A model generated the notes under the pieces. The model had not been told where the DNA came from, made no database searches, and was given only the letters and a program-made list of their open reading frames with translations. From Mobula hypostoma (taxonomy: Eukaryota), in NCBI RefSeq assembly GCF_963921235.1, contig NC_086109.1, positions 23,624,001 through 23,688,000 on the forward strand: 64,000 nucleotides of DNA, given 5' to 3'. Both the position numbers and the translations under genes were made by a program. Shown piece after piece: positions 62,121-64,000 of this stretch (its first letter is position 1; every line of letters begins with the position of its first letter).

Positions 62121-63634
62121 CGATGACTAAAAGAGCCCTGATTCTCACTGTTAAAGAGCAAACTCCAGCATCAAAATGGCTCCATGTGGAATAGTGTAGC
62201 TGAATTCAGGGTTAATTAGAAATTTTTTAAGACACATGGCCATGCGGATTCAATGCTTCATACAGGTTCAATATCTGACTGAGGCTTGAAAGGTGTAGGC
62301 GTAGTGATGAATTGGGACCCACTCTGATTTTTGGCTAATTAGTTCATCTGTCTTCTATTACTTTATATAGCTCGAAATTTATTGAGACATTAGGATACTG
62401 ATGACTATGATGACTATAAAAGGATGGAGAGAAAAAGAATAAATATTGCAACATTCCCCCTGTGGCATTGCTCGTAGCTGAGCTTATGGCATTGATCTTG
62501 GGGGAGAACATAGTAAGATCAACGCAAGTAGGTTTTTCCGGTCAAGATGGCGCCTGCGCACAATACTCCACAGTTGACATCTTCTGGATAGAGCAGGAAA
62601 CTATTCACTTCCTTTATGTCTTTTACCTCTGTTTGTCATCTTGAATGTGTCTTCTAGAATTGTTGCAGCCTGCAATATGCAGTGAGGAGATTGCTTGGGA
62701 GATCCAGTGCTTTCCTGTCTCCAAGAGGATTTAGGGAGGCAGTGAACTTGGGCCTCGAGGCAAGGAGACTGAGGGTGGGCTGGGGTGTGGGTTTGCGAGC
62801 TGATGTTCGACTCCATTTCGCTGATTAAAGCTTCCATTGTTTGCTGATCAAAGCGATGAGGGAGATTGAAACATCGAAGCAAATGTGGAGGGTGAGTGCT
62901 GGCAGCCTGTCTTCCAATCACTGGTGAGATCGCTCTGCTGCTAGAAAGGGGAGCCTGTGTGGACAGCCATTGTGCTACTGAGGTTCTCTGCTTGGCGTTG
63001 TGGATTTGGATTTGGACGATGGACTATAGACTTTTTCAGTCTTGTAGTTTTTTATATTCTTTGTTTTTGCCTGGTTGTTCTTGTATTTCTGTGTGGGGGA
63101 GGGGGATTTGTAGATCGATGTTCACATGGCATTTTGTGTGGGGGGAAGTGGGTCTGGCAGTCGATATTCTTGTTGAGTATTTTTTTGTTTATTTCTTTGT
63201 GCGGGGGTGGGGTGTGGGTGGATTTGGAGGCCAATGCTCTTTTTGTGTTTCGTGTGTGGCGGGGGGGGGGGGGGGAGCGTGGTGTTGCCATTTCTTTTTT
63301 TTTGGTTTTGTAGCTATCTAGAGAAGAAGAATTATTATACTTGAATAATAAGTGAAATTTTGAATCTTTGAAATCCACGGAGTTCTCCTTAGCTCATCCA
63401 TTGAAATGTCCACCACGTTTAGCTCAGCACTCAGGTTGCATGGGCTCACGGGCCAATCCAGGTACGAGGACAGGTTGTCAAAGCCCATTCCACTACTTTT
63501 GCAGTTCTACATTGTCAGAGGCACTGGCTTTCAGTTAAGATGATGAACAGAAATTCCATTTTTCTTTCTGGTGGGTGCAAACATTAAATAGGATTCAGTC
63601 AAAGAAAAACTGAACTTTTTCAGCTTTCAGAGTG

Positions 63635-64000
63635 CAAATGTCAGTCCACTCTTCAAGAAGGGAGAGAGGTGGAAGAAAGGAAATTATAGGCCAGTTAGTC
63701 TGGTCTCAGTGGTTAGGAAGATGTTGGAGTCGATTATTAAGGATGTGGTTTTGGGGTACTTGAAGTCACATGATAAAATAGGCCAAAGTCAGCATGGTTT
63801 CCTCAAGAGAAAATCTTGCCTGACAAATCTGTTGGAATTCTTTGAAGAAATAACAAGCAGGATAGACAAAGGAGAATTGGTTGATGTTGTATACTTGGAT
63901 TTTCAGAAGGCCTTTGACAAAGTGCAACATGAGGTTGCTTAACAATTTAAGAGTCCGTGGTATTACAGGAACGATTCTTGTACGGGATAAAGCAGTGGCT
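63635..64000 (+). mobile_element. CR1 LINE reverse transcriptase fragment
   Basis: GNYRPVSL..SQHGFLKRKSCLTNLLEFFEEIT..VDVVYLDFQKAFDKV. Confidence 0.92.

Overview
Repeat-dense eukaryotic non-coding DNA (intronic or intergenic). The repeat mix suggests a cartilaginous fish, probably a ray (inference): CR1 LINEs with AGAAACAT tails, Rex1/Babar LINEs, tRNA-headed SINEs, Penelope-like elements (PLEs), Tc1 and hAT transposons. No host protein-coding gene is recognisable; the identifiable long ORFs are transposon remnants. Most notable: (1) the 3' UTR of a HERO-like restriction-endonuclease retrotransposon carries all hammerhead ribozyme core elements in a non-circularly permuted order (4452-4568); (2) a near full-length U6 snRNA copy is joined in antisense to the 5'-truncation point of an R4-clade retrotransposon (34108-35540); (3) many PLE copies carry minimal, probably dimer-forming hammerheads, several as fold-back insertions with 12-16 bp target duplications, plus a second hammerhead family in a hairpin at about 45.7-45.9 kb; (4) a hAT element has a 6-bp target duplication and a near-intact internally deleted transposase frame. 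Boundaries of older repeats are approximate. All family assignments come from motif recognition, not database searches.
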